Positions 1 through 11,790 of a stretch of 39,342 bases of DNA are shown in pieces (within the stretch, counting starts at the first letter, position 1; each line of letters begins with the position of its first letter). The stretch comes from Coriobacteriales bacterium (lineage in GTDB: Bacteria > Actinomycetota > Coriobacteriia > Coriobacteriales > UBA8131). Below the pieces are notes generated by a model, which saw only the letters and a list, made by a program, of their open reading frames with translations, was not told where the DNA came from and ran no database searches. The stretch is taken from NCBI GenBank assembly GCA_031272005.1, contig JAISUQ010000179.1, forward strand, positions 1-39,342. Reading direction: 5' to 3'. Made by a program: the position numbers and the translations under genes.

Positions 1-1011
1 TCCAACTCCCGCCAAGACATCGAACAGGTCCAGGCCGGCGACATCTGTGCCGCCGTTGGCCTTAAAGACACTTCCACCGGCGATACGCTCTGCTCTGAGA
101 ACAGCCCGGTAATCCTGGAGTCGATGGTCTTCCCCGATCCGGTCATTGATATCGCCATCGAACCGAAGACCAAGGCTGAGCAGGATAAGCTGGGCGTGGC
201 CTTGCAGAAGCTGGCCGAGGAGGATCCCACCTTCCGCGTCACCACCAACCAGGAGACCGGCCAGACCGTCATCGCCGGCATGGGCGAGCTGCATCTGGAG
301 ATCATCGTCGACCGCCTGCTGCGGGAGTTCAAGGTCGAGGCCAACGTCGGCAAACCGCAGGTAGCCTATCGCGAGACCGCCGGCAATCCGGTGGAGAATG
401 TCGAGGGCAAGTTCGTGCGCCAGAGCGGCGGTCGCGGCCAGTACGGCCATGTCTACATCAACCTCTACCCGCAGGAGCCGGGCAAGGGCTACGAGTTCGA
501 GAGCAAGATCGTTGGCGGCGTCATCCCCAAGGAATATATTACACCGGTGGATAAAGGCATCCAGGAAGCCCTGGCCTCCGGCGTGATTGCCGGCTTCCCG
601 GTCGTGGATGTGCGCGTGGAGCTGGTTGACGGCTCCTATCACGAGGTCGACTCCTCCGAGGCGGCCTTCAAGATTGCCGGCTCGATGGCCATCAAGGACG
701 CCCTGCGCAAGTCCAAGCCGGTGCTGCTGGAGCCGATGATGGAAGTCGAGGTCGAGACCCCGGAGGATTACATGGGCGACGTGATGGGCAACCTCTCATC
801 GCGCCGCGGTCAGATCCAAGGCATCGATGAGCGTGGCGGCGCCAAGCTGGTTCGGGCCATCGTGCCTCTCTCCGAGATGTTTGGCTATGCCACCGATTTA
901 CGCTCCTCCACCCAGGGGCGCGCGTCCTACACCATGCAGTTCAGCTCCTACGAGCCGGTTCCCAAGAATATCGCCGAGGAGATCGTCAGTAAGGCAGGAG
1001 GAAACGCCTAA
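1..1011 (+). CDS. fusA: Elongation factor G, 3' part (5' end outside window)
   Basis: Frame is open from base 1 ([23 protein letters not shown]). EF-G motifs: [49 protein letters not shown]. Confidence 0.98.
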   Translation, partial: SNSRQDIEQVQAGDICAAVGLKDTSTGDTLCSENSPVILESMVFPDPVIDIAIEPKTKAEQDKLGVALQKLAEEDPTFRVTTNQETGQTVIAGMGELHLEIIVDRLLREFKVEANVGKPQVAYRETAGNPVENVEGKFVRQSGGRGQYGHVYINLYPQEPGKGYEFESKIVGGVIPKEYITPVDKGIQEALASGVIAGFPVVDVRVELVDGSYHEVDSSEAAFKIAGSMAIKDALRKSKPVLLEPMMEVEVETPEDYMGDVMGNLSSRRGQIQGIDERGGAKLVRAIVPLSEMFGYATDLRSSTQGRASYTMQFSSYEPVPKNIAEEIVSKAGGNA

Positions 1012-1331
1012 TGGCCACCACCACCACATCGCAGAAGATCCGCATCCGTCTGAAGGGCTACGACCACGAGATCGTGGACCACTCCACCAAGCTCATCGTG
1101 GATACCGCCCAGAAGACCGGCGCCAAGGTCAGCGGCCCGATTCCGCTGCCCACCGAGCGCAATCTGTACTGCGTGATCCGCTCGCCGCACAAGGACAAGG
1201 ACAGCCGCGAGCAGTTTGAGATGCGCACCCACAAGCGCCTGATCGACATCCTTGAGCCCACGCCCAATACCGTGGACTCGCTGATGCGCCTGGATCTGCC
1301 GGCTGGTGTGGACATCGAGATCAAGTTGTAG
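1011..1331 (+). CDS. rpsJ: 30S ribosomal protein S10
   Basis: [48 protein letters not shown] overlap with fusA. Confidence 0.98.
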   Translation: MATTTTSQKIRIRLKGYDHEIVDHSTKLIVDTAQKTGAKVSGPIPLPTERNLYCVIRSPHKDKDSREQFEMRTHKRLIDILEPTPNTVDSLMRLDLPAGVDIEIKL

Positions 1332-1335
1332 CCAA

Positions 1336-1384
1336 CGGTCCGCTGGGGAGCGACACACGGGGTGTCGCCAGTGTCCCATGACCG
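1336..1384 (+). promoter_or_regulatory. Multi-helix RNA hairpin in the rpsJ-rplC spacer (candidate cis-regulatory element)
   Basis: Nested pairings CGGTC/GACCG, TGGGG/TCCCA and GCGACAC/GTGTCGC. Ends just before the rplC SD (TAAGGA, 1392-1397). Confidence 0.45.
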
Positions 1385-1404
1385 AAAGTGATAAGGAAGT
1401 AGTT

Positions 1405-2022
1405 ATGTCAACGTTATTGGGAAAGAAGCTGGGAATGACCCAGGTCTGGTCGGAGAACGACCAGCTGGTGCCGGTCACCGTGCTTCAGGTCGGACCTTGC
1501 GTGGTGACGCAGATCAAGACCAACGACAAGGAAGGCTATGAGGCCATCCAGATCGGCTTTGGCGCCATCAAGCCGAGCAAGGTCAACCAGCCGATGCAGG
1601 GCCACTTCGCCGCCGCCGGCGTCGAGCCGCAAAAGGTGCTGCGCGAGGTCCGGGTGGACAGCGCCGGCGTCTATGAGCTGGGCCAGCAGCTGACGGTTGA
1701 GGATTTTGCCGAAGCCAAGAAGGTCCATGTCACCGGTATCTCCAAGGGCAAGGGTTTTGCCGGCGTCATCAAGCGGCACAACTTCCGCGGCGGTCCGGGC
1801 GGCCATGGTGCGCACTTCCATCGCGCTCCCGGTTCCATCGGCCAGTGCGCCACCCCCTCAAGGGTCTTCAAGGGGCTCAAGCTCCCCGGGCACATGGGTA
1901 CCGACAAGGTGACAGTGAAAAACCTCGAGGTCGTCAAGGTCGACGCCGAGCAGAACCTGCTGCTCGTCAAGGGCGCCGTACCTGGCGGCAAGAACGCTCT
2001 CGTCAGCGTCCGGACAGCATAG
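1405..2022 (+). CDS. rplC: 50S ribosomal protein L3
   Basis: [40 protein letters not shown]. Start moved to ATG 1405, which follows an SD. Confidence 0.97.
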   Translation: MSTLLGKKLGMTQVWSENDQLVPVTVLQVGPCVVTQIKTNDKEGYEAIQIGFGAIKPSKVNQPMQGHFAAAGVEPQKVLREVRVDSAGVYELGQQLTVEDFAEAKKVHVTGISKGKGFAGVIKRHNFRGGPGGHGAHFHRAPGSIGQCATPSRVFKGLKLPGHMGTDKVTVKNLEVVKVDAEQNLLLVKGAVPGGKNALVSVRTA

Positions 2023-2035
2023 GAGGCTTGCGAGA

Positions 2036-2665
2036 ATGGCAACTTTAGCAGTAGACATCAAGAACGCCGAAGGTAAGAAGGTCGGCAGCGCCAAGCTGGA
2101 CGAGAAGGTCTTCGGCATCGCTCCCAACATCCACGTGCTGCACCAGGTGGTGCGGGCCCAGCAGGCCGCTGCCCGCCAGGGCACGCACGACACCAAGACC
2201 CGCGGCCAGGTCAGCGGCGGCGGCAAGAAGCCCTTCCGCCAGAAGGGCACCGGGCGGGCCCGTCAGGGTACCATCCGCGCACCGCACTACACCGGCGGCG
2301 GCGTGGTCTTCGGGCCGCATCCGCGCAGCTACGACTTCAAGGTCAACAAGAAGGAAGTCAAGCTGGCCTTGCGCTCGGCGCTGTCTGCCAAGCAGGCCGA
2401 AGGCGTGTTGCTGGTCGTGGAAGCCCTGGACTTCGAGAAGCCCTCGACCAAACAGGCTGTGGCCACCCTGAAGGCTTTGGATGTCAGCGGCCGTGTGACC
2501 ATCGTGCTCACCGAGGAAGACATCAATGCCTTCCTCTCACTGCGCAATATCCCCGGGGTGCGGGTCATCGCCGTCAGCGAGGCCAACACCTACGATTTGA
2601 TTGACAACAAGGCGCTGCTGTTCACCAAGCCGGCGCTGACGCGCATCGAGGAGGTGCTGAAGTAA
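2036..2665 (+). CDS. rplD: 50S ribosomal protein L4
   Basis: RQGTHDTKTRGQVSGGGKKPFRQKGTGRARQG; operon position. Confidence 0.98.
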   Translation: MATLAVDIKNAEGKKVGSAKLDEKVFGIAPNIHVLHQVVRAQQAAARQGTHDTKTRGQVSGGGKKPFRQKGTGRARQGTIRAPHYTGGGVVFGPHPRSYDFKVNKKEVKLALRSALSAKQAEGVLLVVEALDFEKPSTKQAVATLKALDVSGRVTIVLTEEDINAFLSLRNIPGVRVIAVSEANTYDLIDNKALLFTKPALTRIEEVLK

Positions 2666-2949
2666 TGGAAGATCCCCGTCAGGTGATCCTGCGCCCCATC
2701 ATCTCCGAGCGCAGCTACGACCTTCTGGAGCACAACCGCTACAGCTTCGAGGTTGCCAGGAAGGCCAATAAGGTGGAGATCGGGCAGGCCGTCGAAGCCA
2801 TCTTCGACGTCACCGTGCTCTCGGTCAACACCATGAACGTCAGCGGCAAGCCCAAACGCGTGCGTTACGCCAAGGGTCACAGCCGCTCCTGGAAGAAGGC
2901 CATCGTCACCTTGAAGGATGGCGATAAGATCGAAGCGTTCGGAGTCTAA
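2665..2949 (+). CDS. rplW: 50S ribosomal protein L23
   Basis: [24 protein letters not shown]; operon position. Confidence 0.97.
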   Translation: MEDPRQVILRPIISERSYDLLEHNRYSFEVARKANKVEIGQAVEAIFDVTVLSVNTMNVSGKPKRVRYAKGHSRSWKKAIVTLKDGDKIEAFGV

Positions 2950-2950
2950 C

Positions 2951-3781
<831 letters not shown>

Positions 3782-3783
3782 CG

Positions 3784-4059
3784 ATGAGCAGAAGTCTGAA
3801 GAAAGGGCCGTTTGTCGAGCCACGGTTGTTGGAGCGCATCGCCCGGCTGAACGAAGCCGGCGACAAGCAGGTCGTCAAGACCTGGTCGCGGGCCTCCACC
3901 ATCTTTCCGGAGATGGTCGGTCATACCATCGCCATCCACGACGGCCGCAAGCATGTACCGGTCTATATCACCGAGTCGATGGTCGGCCACAAACTCGGCG
4001 AATTCGCCGTGACCCGGACCTTCCGCGGCCACGCCGGCGACAAGAAAGGCAAGAAGTAA
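3784..4059 (+). CDS. rpsS: 30S ribosomal protein S19
   Basis: [29 protein letters not shown]. Confidence 0.98.
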   Translation: MSRSLKKGPFVEPRLLERIARLNEAGDKQVVKTWSRASTIFPEMVGHTIAIHDGRKHVPVYITESMVGHKLGEFAVTRTFRGHAGDKKGKK

Positions 4060-4397
4060 TGGAAGCCAGAGCCCAAGCCCGCTATGTGCGGGTATCACCC
4101 AGCAAGGCCCGCCTGGTCGTGGATCTGATCCGCGGCAAGGAAGTGCCCCGCGCCCGCGAAATCCTGCAATTCTCCGACCGCAATGTGGCCGAAGTTGTGG
4201 AGAAGTGCCTGAACAGCGCCGTTGCCAACGCCGAGCGCGATGGCGTCAAGCCGGAGAGCCTGTTCGTCAAGTCGACCTACGCCGACGAGGGCCCCACACT
4301 GAAGCGTTATCGTCCGCGCGCCAAGGGATCGGCCAGCCGTATCCGCAAGCGCACGAGTCATATCACCGTTATCGTCGCAACCCGAGAGGAGGCATAA
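4059..4397 (+). CDS. rplV: 50S ribosomal protein L22
   Basis: [41 protein letters not shown]. Confidence 0.98.
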   Translation: MEARAQARYVRVSPSKARLVVDLIRGKEVPRAREILQFSDRNVAEVVEKCLNSAVANAERDGVKPESLFVKSTYADEGPTLKRYRPRAKGSASRIRKRTSHITVIVATREEA

Positions 4398-4401
4398 GCG
4401 T

Positions 4402-5115
4402 ATGGGTCAGAAGGTTTACCCAACCGGTTTCCGTCTCGGCATCACCGAAGAATGGCGCAGTCGCTGGTATGCAAATAAGGACTACAGGACTACGCTGGCC
4501 AATGATTTGGCACTGCGCAAGTTCCTGGACAGCAAGCTGTCCCGGGCCGCCGTCTCCAAGACCGAGATTGAGCGGGCTGGCGACAAGATCAAGGTAATCA
4601 TCACCACCGCCCGCCCCGGCATCGTCATCGGCAAGCAGGGCTCAGAGATCGACAAGCTGCGCAAGGACCTGGAGAAGATCGCCAATGGCCAGGTCAATGT
4701 CGAGGTCATCGAGATCAAGCGCCCCGAGCTGGATGCCGTGCTGATTGCCCAGAGCGTCGCCGAGCAGCTGGAGGGCCGCGTGGCCTTCCGCCGGGCGATG
4801 CGCAAGGCCGTCCAGAACGCCCGCAAGAGTGGCGCCAAGGGCATCCGTATCCAGTGCTCCGGCCGTCTGGGCGGCGCTGAGATGAGCCGCCGCGAGTGGT
4901 ACCGCGAGGGCCGCGTGCCCCTGCACACCCTGCGGGCCAAGATCGACTACGGTTTTGCCACGGCAGCCACCACCATGGGCTCCATTGGCGTCAAGGTCTG
5001 GGTCTATCACGGCGAGAAGCTGCCCGGCCAACCCACTCCAGAGCCGGCGCTGGAAGGCTCCAGCCGTCCGGATCGCGACCGTCCGCGTCGTCCGCGTGGC
5101 GAAGGGAGGAAGTGA
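4402..5115 (+). CDS. rpsC: 30S ribosomal protein S3
   Basis: [44 protein letters not shown]. Confidence 0.98.
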   Translation: MGQKVYPTGFRLGITEEWRSRWYANKDYRTTLANDLALRKFLDSKLSRAAVSKTEIERAGDKIKVIITTARPGIVIGKQGSEIDKLRKDLEKIANGQVNVEVIEIKRPELDAVLIAQSVAEQLEGRVAFRRAMRKAVQNARKSGAKGIRIQCSGRLGGAEMSRREWYREGRVPLHTLRAKIDYGFATAATTMGSIGVKVWVYHGEKLPGQPTPEPALEGSSRPDRDRPRRPRGEGRK

Positions 5116-5117
5116 AC

Positions 5118-5537
5118 ATGCTTATCCCCAAGCGCGTCAAGCACCGCAAGGTGCAACGAGGCTCGATGAAGGGCACGGCCAAAGGTGGCACCGAGCTGAA
5201 CTTCGGCACCTATGGCATCAAGGCCCTGGAGCCGCATTGGATCACCAACCGTCAGATTGAGGCTGCCCGTGTGGCCATGACCCGTCATATGAAGCGTGGC
5301 GGCCGTGTCTGGATCACCATCTTCCCAGACAAGCCAATCACCAAGAAGCCGGCCGAGACACGCATGGGCTCCGGCAAGGGCAATCCTGAGGAATGGGTGG
5401 CCGTGGTCAAGCCCGGGCGCATCATGTTCGAGATCGCCGACGTGGATCACGAGATCGCCGTGGAGGCCCTGCGCCTGGCCATCCAGAAACTGCCCATCAA
5501 ATGTAAGATCGTCACCAAGCAAGCAGAGGGGGAGTAG
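5118..5537 (+). CDS. rplP: 50S ribosomal protein L16
   Basis: [34 protein letters not shown]. Start at ATG 5118 after GGAGG. Confidence 0.98.
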   Translation: MLIPKRVKHRKVQRGSMKGTAKGGTELNFGTYGIKALEPHWITNRQIEAARVAMTRHMKRGGRVWITIFPDKPITKKPAETRMGSGKGNPEEWVAVVKPGRIMFEIADVDHEIAVEALRLAIQKLPIKCKIVTKQAEGE

Positions 5538-5538
5538 C

Positions 5539-5751
5539 ATGAAAGCCAAAGAGATTCGCGAACTCTCCAACGATGACCTGAAGGTCAAGTTAAAGGAAGG
5601 CCGCGCCGAGCTGTTCAACCTGCGTTTCCAGATGGCCACCAGCCAGCTGGATAACACGGCGCGTATCAAGACAGTGAAAAAGGACATCGCCCGGGTACTG
5701 ACCGAAATCCGCGCCCGCGAAGACGCTGTCCAGCTGGATGTTGCCAGTTGA
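5539..5751 (+). CDS. rpmC: 50S ribosomal protein L29
   Basis: [27 protein letters not shown]. Start at ATG 5539. Confidence 0.97.
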   Translation: MKAKEIRELSNDDLKVKLKEGRAELFNLRFQMATSQLDNTARIKTVKKDIARVLTEIRAREDAVQLDVAS

Positions 5752-5812
5752 GTTGGAGTTTGGGACCAATAATCATGTTGGCCGTGCAGCCGACAGGTAA
5801 GGAAGAAGTGAA

Positions 5813-6073
5813 ATGAGCGAGCAACGCAATCATCGCAAGGTGCGCCAGGGTACGGTGGTCTCCGCCGCCTCGGACAAGACCTGTGTGGTCGAGGTCAAGG
5901 AGCGCAAGCCGCATCCCATCTACGGCAAGATGATGACCCGCACCAAGAAGTTCCACGCCCACGACGAAGCCAACGCCGCTGGTGTGGGTGATGTCGTAAC
6001 CATCATGGAGACCCGGCCCCTGTCCAAGCTCAAGCGCTGGCGTCTGGTCGACATCGTGGAGAAGGCAAAGTAA
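5813..6073 (+). CDS. rpsQ: 30S ribosomal protein S17
   Basis: [29 protein letters not shown]. Confidence 0.98.
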   Translation: MSEQRNHRKVRQGTVVSAASDKTCVVEVKERKPHPIYGKMMTRTKKFHAHDEANAAGVGDVVTIMETRPLSKLKRWRLVDIVEKAK

Positions 6074-6184
6074 TAGCAAGTGAGCTTATTAGTATTTGGC
6101 CACCACCCCCGTGGACAGGCCGGATGACCAGCGTCAGTTGTGTCAATGATGTAGTCGGACAAGCAGTAGGTAAGGAAGAGTAAG

Positions 6185-6553
6185 ATGATTCAGGTAGAGA
6201 CAATGCTCCAGGTGGCCGATAACTCCGGCGCCCGCAAGGTGCAGTGCATCAAGGTGCTCGGCGGCTCCAAGCGCCGTTACGCCGGTCTGGGCGACGTCAT
6301 CGTCTGCGCCGTCAAGGAAGCCACGCCCAACGGCAACGTCAAGAAGGGCGAGGTTGTGCGCTGCGTCATCGTCCGCGTCAAGAAGGAAGTCCGCCGCAAG
6401 GACGGCAGCTACATCAAGTTCGATCAGAACGCCGCCGTGGTCATCGACGCCGCTGGCGCCCCGCGGGGTACGCGCATCTTCGGCCCTGTGGCCCGCGAGC
6501 TGCGCGACAAGCGTTACATGAAGATCGTCTCCCTGGCTCCGGAAACGCTGTGA
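6185..6553 (+). CDS. rplN: 50S ribosomal protein L14
   Basis: [36 protein letters not shown]. Confidence 0.98.
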   Translation: MIQVETMLQVADNSGARKVQCIKVLGGSKRRYAGLGDVIVCAVKEATPNGNVKKGEVVRCVIVRVKKEVRRKDGSYIKFDQNAAVVIDAAGAPRGTRIFGPVARELRDKRYMKIVSLAPETL

Positions 6554-6607
6554 GCCAGGACTGTCAGGCATTGATGTGGTCGTAGAGATTACAGGTAAGG
6601 TTGGAAA

Positions 6608-6931
6608 ATGAGTAACAACAAGATGCGTATCCACAAAGGAGACACCGTCAAGGTTATCTCCGGCAAGTCCAAAGGCGCCGTCGGCCCGGTGATGCGGGCT
6701 ATCCCCGAGAGCCGTAAAGTGGTGGTGGAGAAGGTCGCCGTGGCCAAGAAGGCCCAGCGCCCGACCCGCGACAACCCCTCCGGCGGCATCATGAGCATCG
6801 AGAAGCCCATCCATGTGTCCACCGTCATGCTGGTCTGCCCCAAGTGCAGCCAGCCGACCCGCGTGGGCCTGAAGCTGACCGATGGCAAGAAGCAGCGCGT
6901 CTGCAAGAAGTGCGGAGAGGTGATCGACTGA
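6608..6931 (+). CDS. rplX: 50S ribosomal protein L24
   Basis: KOW motif [23 protein letters not shown]. Has CPKC...CKKC pairs. Confidence 0.97.
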   Translation: MSNNKMRIHKGDTVKVISGKSKGAVGPVMRAIPESRKVVVEKVAVAKKAQRPTRDNPSGGIMSIEKPIHVSTVMLVCPKCSQPTRVGLKLTDGKKQRVCKKCGEVID

Positions 6932-7476
6932 TGACCGCCAGGCTGAAAGAGAAGTACAAGACCGAGATCGTTCCCTCGCTGGAGCAGAAGCTGAGCATCA
7001 AGAACATCAATCAGGTGCCGCGGTTGGAGAAGATTGTCGTCAACATGGGCGTGGGTGCGGCTACCCAGGATGCCAAGCAGCTGGATGCGGCTATCGCCGA
7101 TCTGCGGGCCATCACCGGCCAACAGCCGCGCATCTGCCGGGCCAAGAAGTCCATCGCCTCCTTCAAGCTGCGTACCGGCATGGCCATCGGCGCCAAGGTG
7201 ACGCTGCGCGGCGAGCGGATGTGGGAGTTTTTGGACCGGTTGCTGTGCACCGCCATCCCCCGGGTGCGCGACTTCCGCGGTATTCCCACCGAGAGCTTTG
7301 ACGGGCGGGGCAACTACTCGCTGGGCATCACCGAGCAGCTGATCTTCACCGAGATTGATTATGACAAGGTCGACAAGACCCGTGGCATGGACATCACCTT
7401 CGTGACCACGGCCGAGACAGACGAGCAGGCCAAAGCCCTCTTCGAAGAGCTGGGCTTCCCGTTCAAGAGGAACTGA
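6931..7476 (+). CDS. rplE: 50S ribosomal protein L5
   Basis: [41 protein letters not shown]. Start at ATG 6931 (TGATG overlap). Confidence 0.98.
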   Translation: MTARLKEKYKTEIVPSLEQKLSIKNINQVPRLEKIVVNMGVGAATQDAKQLDAAIADLRAITGQQPRICRAKKSIASFKLRTGMAIGAKVTLRGERMWEFLDRLLCTAIPRVRDFRGIPTESFDGRGNYSLGITEQLIFTEIDYDKVDKTRGMDITFVTTAETDEQAKALFEELGFPFKRN

Positions 7477-7523
7477 GCATTGTCACCCCCTGATAGGGGA
7501 CTGAGAGATTGAAGGAGTAAGTA

Positions 7524-7709
7524 GTGGCAAAGAAGTCGATGATCGCCAAGGCTCAACGCGACCCCAAGTTCTCTACGCGCCAGCACAACCGCTGCACCCG
7601 CTGCGGCCGCCCGCGCGCCTATTATCGGCAGTTCGGCCTGTGCCGGGTCTGCCTCAGGGAGCTCGCCAGTCGCGGCGAACTGCCCGGTGTTCGCAAGGCC
7701 AGCTGGTAG
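7524..7709 (+). CDS. rpsN: 30S ribosomal protein S14, zinc-binding (type Z)
   Basis: 61 aa; [31 protein letters not shown] start after AAGGAG. Confidence 0.97.
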   Translation: MAKKSMIAKAQRDPKFSTRQHNRCTRCGRPRAYYRQFGLCRVCLRELASRGELPGVRKASW

Positions 7710-7822
7710 GCAGCAAAGGCCCAGGACAACCGGGAAGACCGGCCGGTCAGGCGCCCCTGCCAGGGGTGGTGGCGAACCAACCGGAGCGGTTCATCAGGTA
7801 GGACACATACAGGAGGCACAAA

Positions 7823-8221
7823 ATGTCAATGACAGACCCCATCGCGGATATGCTCACCAGGGTGCGAAACGCCAACTCCGCGAGCAAGGAAAAGGTGAGC
7901 ATCCCTTCGAGCAAGAAGCTCATCGAGATTGCCCGCATCCTCAAGGAGGAGGGCTATATCGTCGATTTTGAGGTGATCGATGCGGCTCCGGTCAATGAGC
8001 TGGTCATCACCTTGAAGTACGGCCCCAAGAAGCAGAAGACCCTCAGAGGGCTGAAGCGCATCTCCAAGCCCGGCCTGCGCGTTTACGCCGGTAAGGACGA
8101 GCTCCCGCGGGTGCTCGGTGGCCTCGGCACCGCTGTTATCTCAACATCAAAAGGCGTGATGACCGATCGCGACGCCCGCAAGGCTGGCGTTGGCGGCGAG
8201 GTCCTCGCGTTCATCTGGTAG
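7823..8221 (+). CDS. rpsH: 30S ribosomal protein S8
   Basis: [36 protein letters not shown]. Confidence 0.98.
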   Translation: MSMTDPIADMLTRVRNANSASKEKVSIPSSKKLIEIARILKEEGYIVDFEVIDAAPVNELVITLKYGPKKQKTLRGLKRISKPGLRVYAGKDELPRVLGGLGTAVISTSKGVMTDRDARKAGVGGEVLAFIW

Positions 8222-8233
8222 GAGTGAGGCATC

Positions 8234-8773
8234 ATGTCACGTATCGGTAAGCAACCTATCCCCGTGCCCGCCGGCGTCACCGTCAGCGTCGATGGTCTGA
8301 ACGTCAAGGTCTCCGGTCCCAAGGGCCAGCTGGAGCAGGACATCTGCAAGTATGTCAGCGTCCGTCAGGATGGCGAGCAGCTGCTGGTCGAGCGGATCGA
8401 CGACAGCCGCGAGGCCCGCTCCTATCACGGACTGTACCGTACGCTGATCGCCAACATGGTCATCGGCGTCAGCGAGGGATTCAGCAAGGGTCTGGAGATC
8501 CAGGGTGTGGGCTATCGCGCCGCGCTGAAGGGCAACGACCTGGAGATGCAGCTGGGCTATTCGCACCCCGTGCTGGTCAAGGCCGGCGACGGTATCAGCT
8601 TCGAGGTACCGGCACCTACCCAGATCAAGGTGCTGGGCATCGACAAGCAGAAGGTCGGTCAGGTGGCCGCAGACATCCGCAAGTGGCGCAAGCCGGAGCC
8701 CTACAAGGGCAAGGGCATCCGCTATGAGGGCGAGTATGTGCGCCGCAAGCTCGGTAAGGCCGCAGGTAACTAA
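8234..8773 (+). CDS. rplF: 50S ribosomal protein L6
   Basis: [33 protein letters not shown]. Confidence 0.98.
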   Translation: MSRIGKQPIPVPAGVTVSVDGLNVKVSGPKGQLEQDICKYVSVRQDGEQLLVERIDDSREARSYHGLYRTLIANMVIGVSEGFSKGLEIQGVGYRAALKGNDLEMQLGYSHPVLVKAGDGISFEVPAPTQIKVLGIDKQKVGQVAADIRKWRKPEPYKGKGIRYEGEYVRRKLGKAAGN

Positions 8774-8870
8774 GTCGGCGGTGCTCTCCTGAGACGAGGG
8801 CCCGGCGGTATCGAAGTGGTAAGCAAGGGCTGTCGCCAAGACAGCCACCAGGGTTTGAGAAAGGCATGAA

Positions 8871-9239
8871 ATGGACAAACTCAAGGCAAAGGCAGCAGGC
8901 CTGAAGCGGCGCCAGAAGCGGGTGCGCGGCAAGATCAGCGGTACCCCCGAGGTGCCCCGCCTGCGGGTCACGCGCTCCAACGGCAACATCTATGCTCAGG
9001 TCATCGACGATGTGGCCGGCCGCACGCTGGTGTCGGCCTCCTCGCTGGACCCGGAGTTCAAGAAGCAGGACAAGACCGGCGCCACGGTTGAGGGCGCGGC
9101 AGTTGTCGGCGAGCTGGTGGGCAAGCGGGCAGTGGACAAGCAGATCAAGGCCGTCGTCTTCGACCGCGGCGGATACATCTATCATGGCCGGGTCAAGGCT
9201 CTGGCCGACGGCGCCCGCAATGCGGGCCTGGAATTTTAG
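8871..9239 (+). CDS. rplR: 50S ribosomal protein L18
   Basis: [38 protein letters not shown]. Confidence 0.98.
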   Translation: MDKLKAKAAGLKRRQKRVRGKISGTPEVPRLRVTRSNGNIYAQVIDDVAGRTLVSASSLDPEFKKQDKTGATVEGAAVVGELVGKRAVDKQIKAVVFDRGGYIYHGRVKALADGARNAGLEF

Positions 9240-9257
9240 GAAGGGCTGGTCTGGTAC

Positions 9258-9791
9258 ATGGCAAGAGTAAAAGCACCCGTAGCTGAGCTCCAGGAGAAGG
9301 TCGTCTATATCAACCGCGTCTCCAAGGTGGTCAAGGGCGGTCGCCGCTTCGCCTTGACGGCGTTGGTCGTCGTCGGCGACGGCGAAGGCAAGGTCGGCGT
9401 GGGGATGGGTAAGAGCACCGAAGTGCCCATCGCCATCAAGAAGGGCGTTGAAGACGCCAAGAAGAACCTCTTCAGCGTGCCGCTGACCCCCGAAGGCACC
9501 CTGCCGCACGAGGTGTTGGGCACCTACGGCGCCGGCAAGGTCATGCTCAAGCCCGCCACCCCCGGTACCGGTGTCATCGCCGGCGGACCGGTGCGCGCCC
9601 TGCTGGAGCTGGCCGGCGTGAAGAACGTGCTCTCCAAGTCGTTGGGCACCAACAACGCCATGAACATCGTCAAAGCGGCCGCCGAGGGACTCAAACAGCT
9701 CTCCAGCCCGAGCGAGGTAGCCTCCCGCCGCGACACCACCGTAGCCCGTATCTACGGTTGGAAGCCTAAGAAGGAGAACAGCGATGCCTGA
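9258..9791 (+). CDS. rpsE: 30S ribosomal protein S5
   Basis: [32 protein letters not shown]. Confidence 0.98.
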   Translation: MARVKAPVAELQEKVVYINRVSKVVKGGRRFALTALVVVGDGEGKVGVGMGKSTEVPIAIKKGVEDAKKNLFSVPLTPEGTLPHEVLGTYGAGKVMLKPATPGTGVIAGGPVRALLELAGVKNVLSKSLGTNNAMNIVKAAAEGLKQLSSPSEVASRRDTTVARIYGWKPKKENSDA

Positions 9792-9984
9792 GACAAAGAA
9801 GGCCGCCAAGACGCTGAAGGTCACCCAGATAAAGTCGACCATCGGCTACAAGTCGGATCAGGCCAGGACCATCAAAGCCCTGGGTTTGGGCAAGATTGGC
9901 CGCAGCGTCGAGCAGGTTGACAACCCCGCCGTGCGCGGCATGATATTCAAGGTCAAGCATTTAGTGAAAGTGGAGGAGATCTAG
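9784..9984 (+). CDS. rpmD: 50S ribosomal protein L30
   Basis: [29 protein letters not shown]. Confidence 0.96.
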   Translation: MPETKKAAKTLKVTQIKSTIGYKSDQARTIKALGLGKIGRSVEQVDNPAVRGMIFKVKHLVKVEEI

Positions 9985-9985
9985 C

Positions 9986-10435
9986 ATGCAGCTCCATGAT
10001 CTGGCGCCAGCACCAGGCTCGCGCAAAGCCCGTAAGAGGGTCGGTCGGGGCCATGGCTCCGGCCTGGGTAAGACAGCCGGCCGCGGCTACAACGGTCAGA
10101 AGTCCCGCGCTGGCGGCGCCAAGGGCGCCGGCTTCGAGGGCGGTCAGACCCCGCTGGCCCGCCGCCTGCCCAAGCTGCCCGGATTCCGCAACATCAACCG
10201 GGTGGAGTACGCAGCGGTCAACGTCGGTCGCCTGGACGCCACATTCGCCGATGGCGATACGGTCGACGGCGATTCACTCCTGGCCAAGGGCATCATCAAG
10301 AAGTCCACGGCCCTGGTCAAGGTGCTCGGTGACGGCGAACTCACCAAGAGCCTGACTGTCAAGGTGGATAAGGTCTCAGCAACAGCGGCCGCCAAGATTC
10401 AGGCCGCCGGCGGAAAGGTGGAAGCGCCTTGCTAA
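9986..10435 (+). CDS. rplO: 50S ribosomal protein L15
   Basis: [34 protein letters not shown]. Confidence 0.98.
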   Translation: MQLHDLAPAPGSRKARKRVGRGHGSGLGKTAGRGYNGQKSRAGGAKGAGFEGGQTPLARRLPKLPGFRNINRVEYAAVNVGRLDATFADGDTVDGDSLLAKGIIKKSTALVKVLGDGELTKSLTVKVDKVSATAAAKIQAAGGKVEAPC

Positions 10436-11703
10436 GCGCCATCCTCAACGCGTTTCGCGTTCCCGACCTGCGCAAGAAGATCCTCTTCACGCTGGCCATC
10501 ATCGCTTTGTACCGTCTGGGTTCCTTTGTGCCGGTACCCGGCATCGACGCCCAGGCCCTGACGGCGGCCTTCAAAGAGGGCATGACCAGCGGCGGGGCGA
10601 CCGTCTGGCTGAATCTCTTCTCCGGAAACGCCCTGTCCAACTTCTCGGTGTTGTCGTTGGGCATCATGCCCTATATCACGGCGTCGATCATCATGCAGCT
10701 GATGCAGGGCGTGATTCCGGCGCTGCAGCGTTGGGCCACCGAAGGCGAGACCGGCCGGAAGAAGATCACCCAGATCACCAGGTATGTGACGCTGGGTCTC
10801 GGTGTCATTAACGCCATCGGCTACCTGTTGATGTTCCGCTATCAATACAACGTGCACCTGACCGACACCATCCCGACCATGGTCACTTCGGCCATTATCC
10901 TGTTTACCCTGGTGGCCGGCGTGGCTTTGATCATGTGGATGGGTGAGCTGATTACCCAGCGCGGTGTGGGCAACGGTATGTCACTGATCATCTTCTCCAA
11001 TATCGTGGCCGGGTTCCCTTCGGCTATCTGGGAGTCGGCGGCTGTCGAGCAGAACCGGGCCATCACCATCCTGATTCTGGCTGTGGTGCTGCTGGTGATT
11101 CCGGGCATCGTGCTGATTGAGCGCGGTCAGCGGCGCATTCCGGTGAATTACGCCAAGCGCATCCAGGGCCGCAAGGTCATGGGTGGCACCTCCACCTACA
11201 TCCCCCTGAAGGTCAACGGTGCCGGCGTCATCCCGATCATCTTTGCCAGCGCCATCCTCTATTTTCCGGCGCAGCTGGCGGTGTTCTTTCAGGTGGACTG
11301 GCTGCAGAGCTTTGCCAACGCTTTGACCAGCGGCTGGTTGAACTGGATACTCAATGCTGCGTTGATTGTCTTTTTCTGCTTCTTCTACACCTCGATGGTC
11401 TTCAACCCCGAGCAGACTGCCGATAACCTGCGCAAGCAGGGCGGGTTCATCCCCGGCGTGCGCCCCGGGCAGAATACCGTGCAATACATCAAGAATGTCT
11501 TGAACCGCATCACGTTGCCGGGCGGCTTCTACATCGCCGCCATCGCCGTGCTGCCCAGCATCATCTTCGCCTTCATCGCCGACCCGCTGATCTCGGCCTT
11601 TGGTGGCACGTCAATCCTGATTATGGTCGGCGTGGCCCTGGATACCATGAGCAAGATCGAGAGCCAGCTGAAGATGCACCACTACGACGGTTTCTTCAAG
11701 TAG
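10429..11703 (+). CDS. secY: Preprotein translocase subunit SecY
   Basis: [55 protein letters not shown] start overlaps the end of rplO. Confidence 0.98.
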   Translation: MLSAILNAFRVPDLRKKILFTLAIIALYRLGSFVPVPGIDAQALTAAFKEGMTSGGATVWLNLFSGNALSNFSVLSLGIMPYITASIIMQLMQGVIPALQRWATEGETGRKKITQITRYVTLGLGVINAIGYLLMFRYQYNVHLTDTIPTMVTSAIILFTLVAGVALIMWMGELITQRGVGNGMSLIIFSNIVAGFPSAIWESAAVEQNRAITILILAVVLLVIPGIVLIERGQRRIPVNYAKRIQGRKVMGGTSTYIPLKVNGAGVIPIIFASAILYFPAQLAVFFQVDWLQSFANALTSGWLNWILNAALIVFFCFFYTSMVFNPEQTADNLRKQGGFIPGVRPGQNTVQYIKNVLNRITLPGGFYIAAIAVLPSIIFAFIADPLISAFGGTSILIMVGVALDTMSKIESQLKMHHYDGFFK

Positions 11704-11716
11704 GGCAGGCAGGCAC

Positions 11717-11738
11717 GCCGGCACCGCCTGGTGCCGGC
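11717..11738 (+). terminator. GC-rich hairpin after secY (possible terminator or stabiliser; no U tract)
   Basis: GCCGGCACC-gcct-GGTGCCGGC, a perfect 9-bp stem. Confidence 0.4.
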
Positions 11739-11790
11739 ATCAACGCTCAGTCAGTATGCTCGAGCTTTATAATTGAGAAAGGGAGGATGT

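Noticed and set aside
11768-11773. TATAAT upstream of adk as an internal promoter
   Set aside because: No recognisable -35 or extended -10; cannot be supported from sequence alone.
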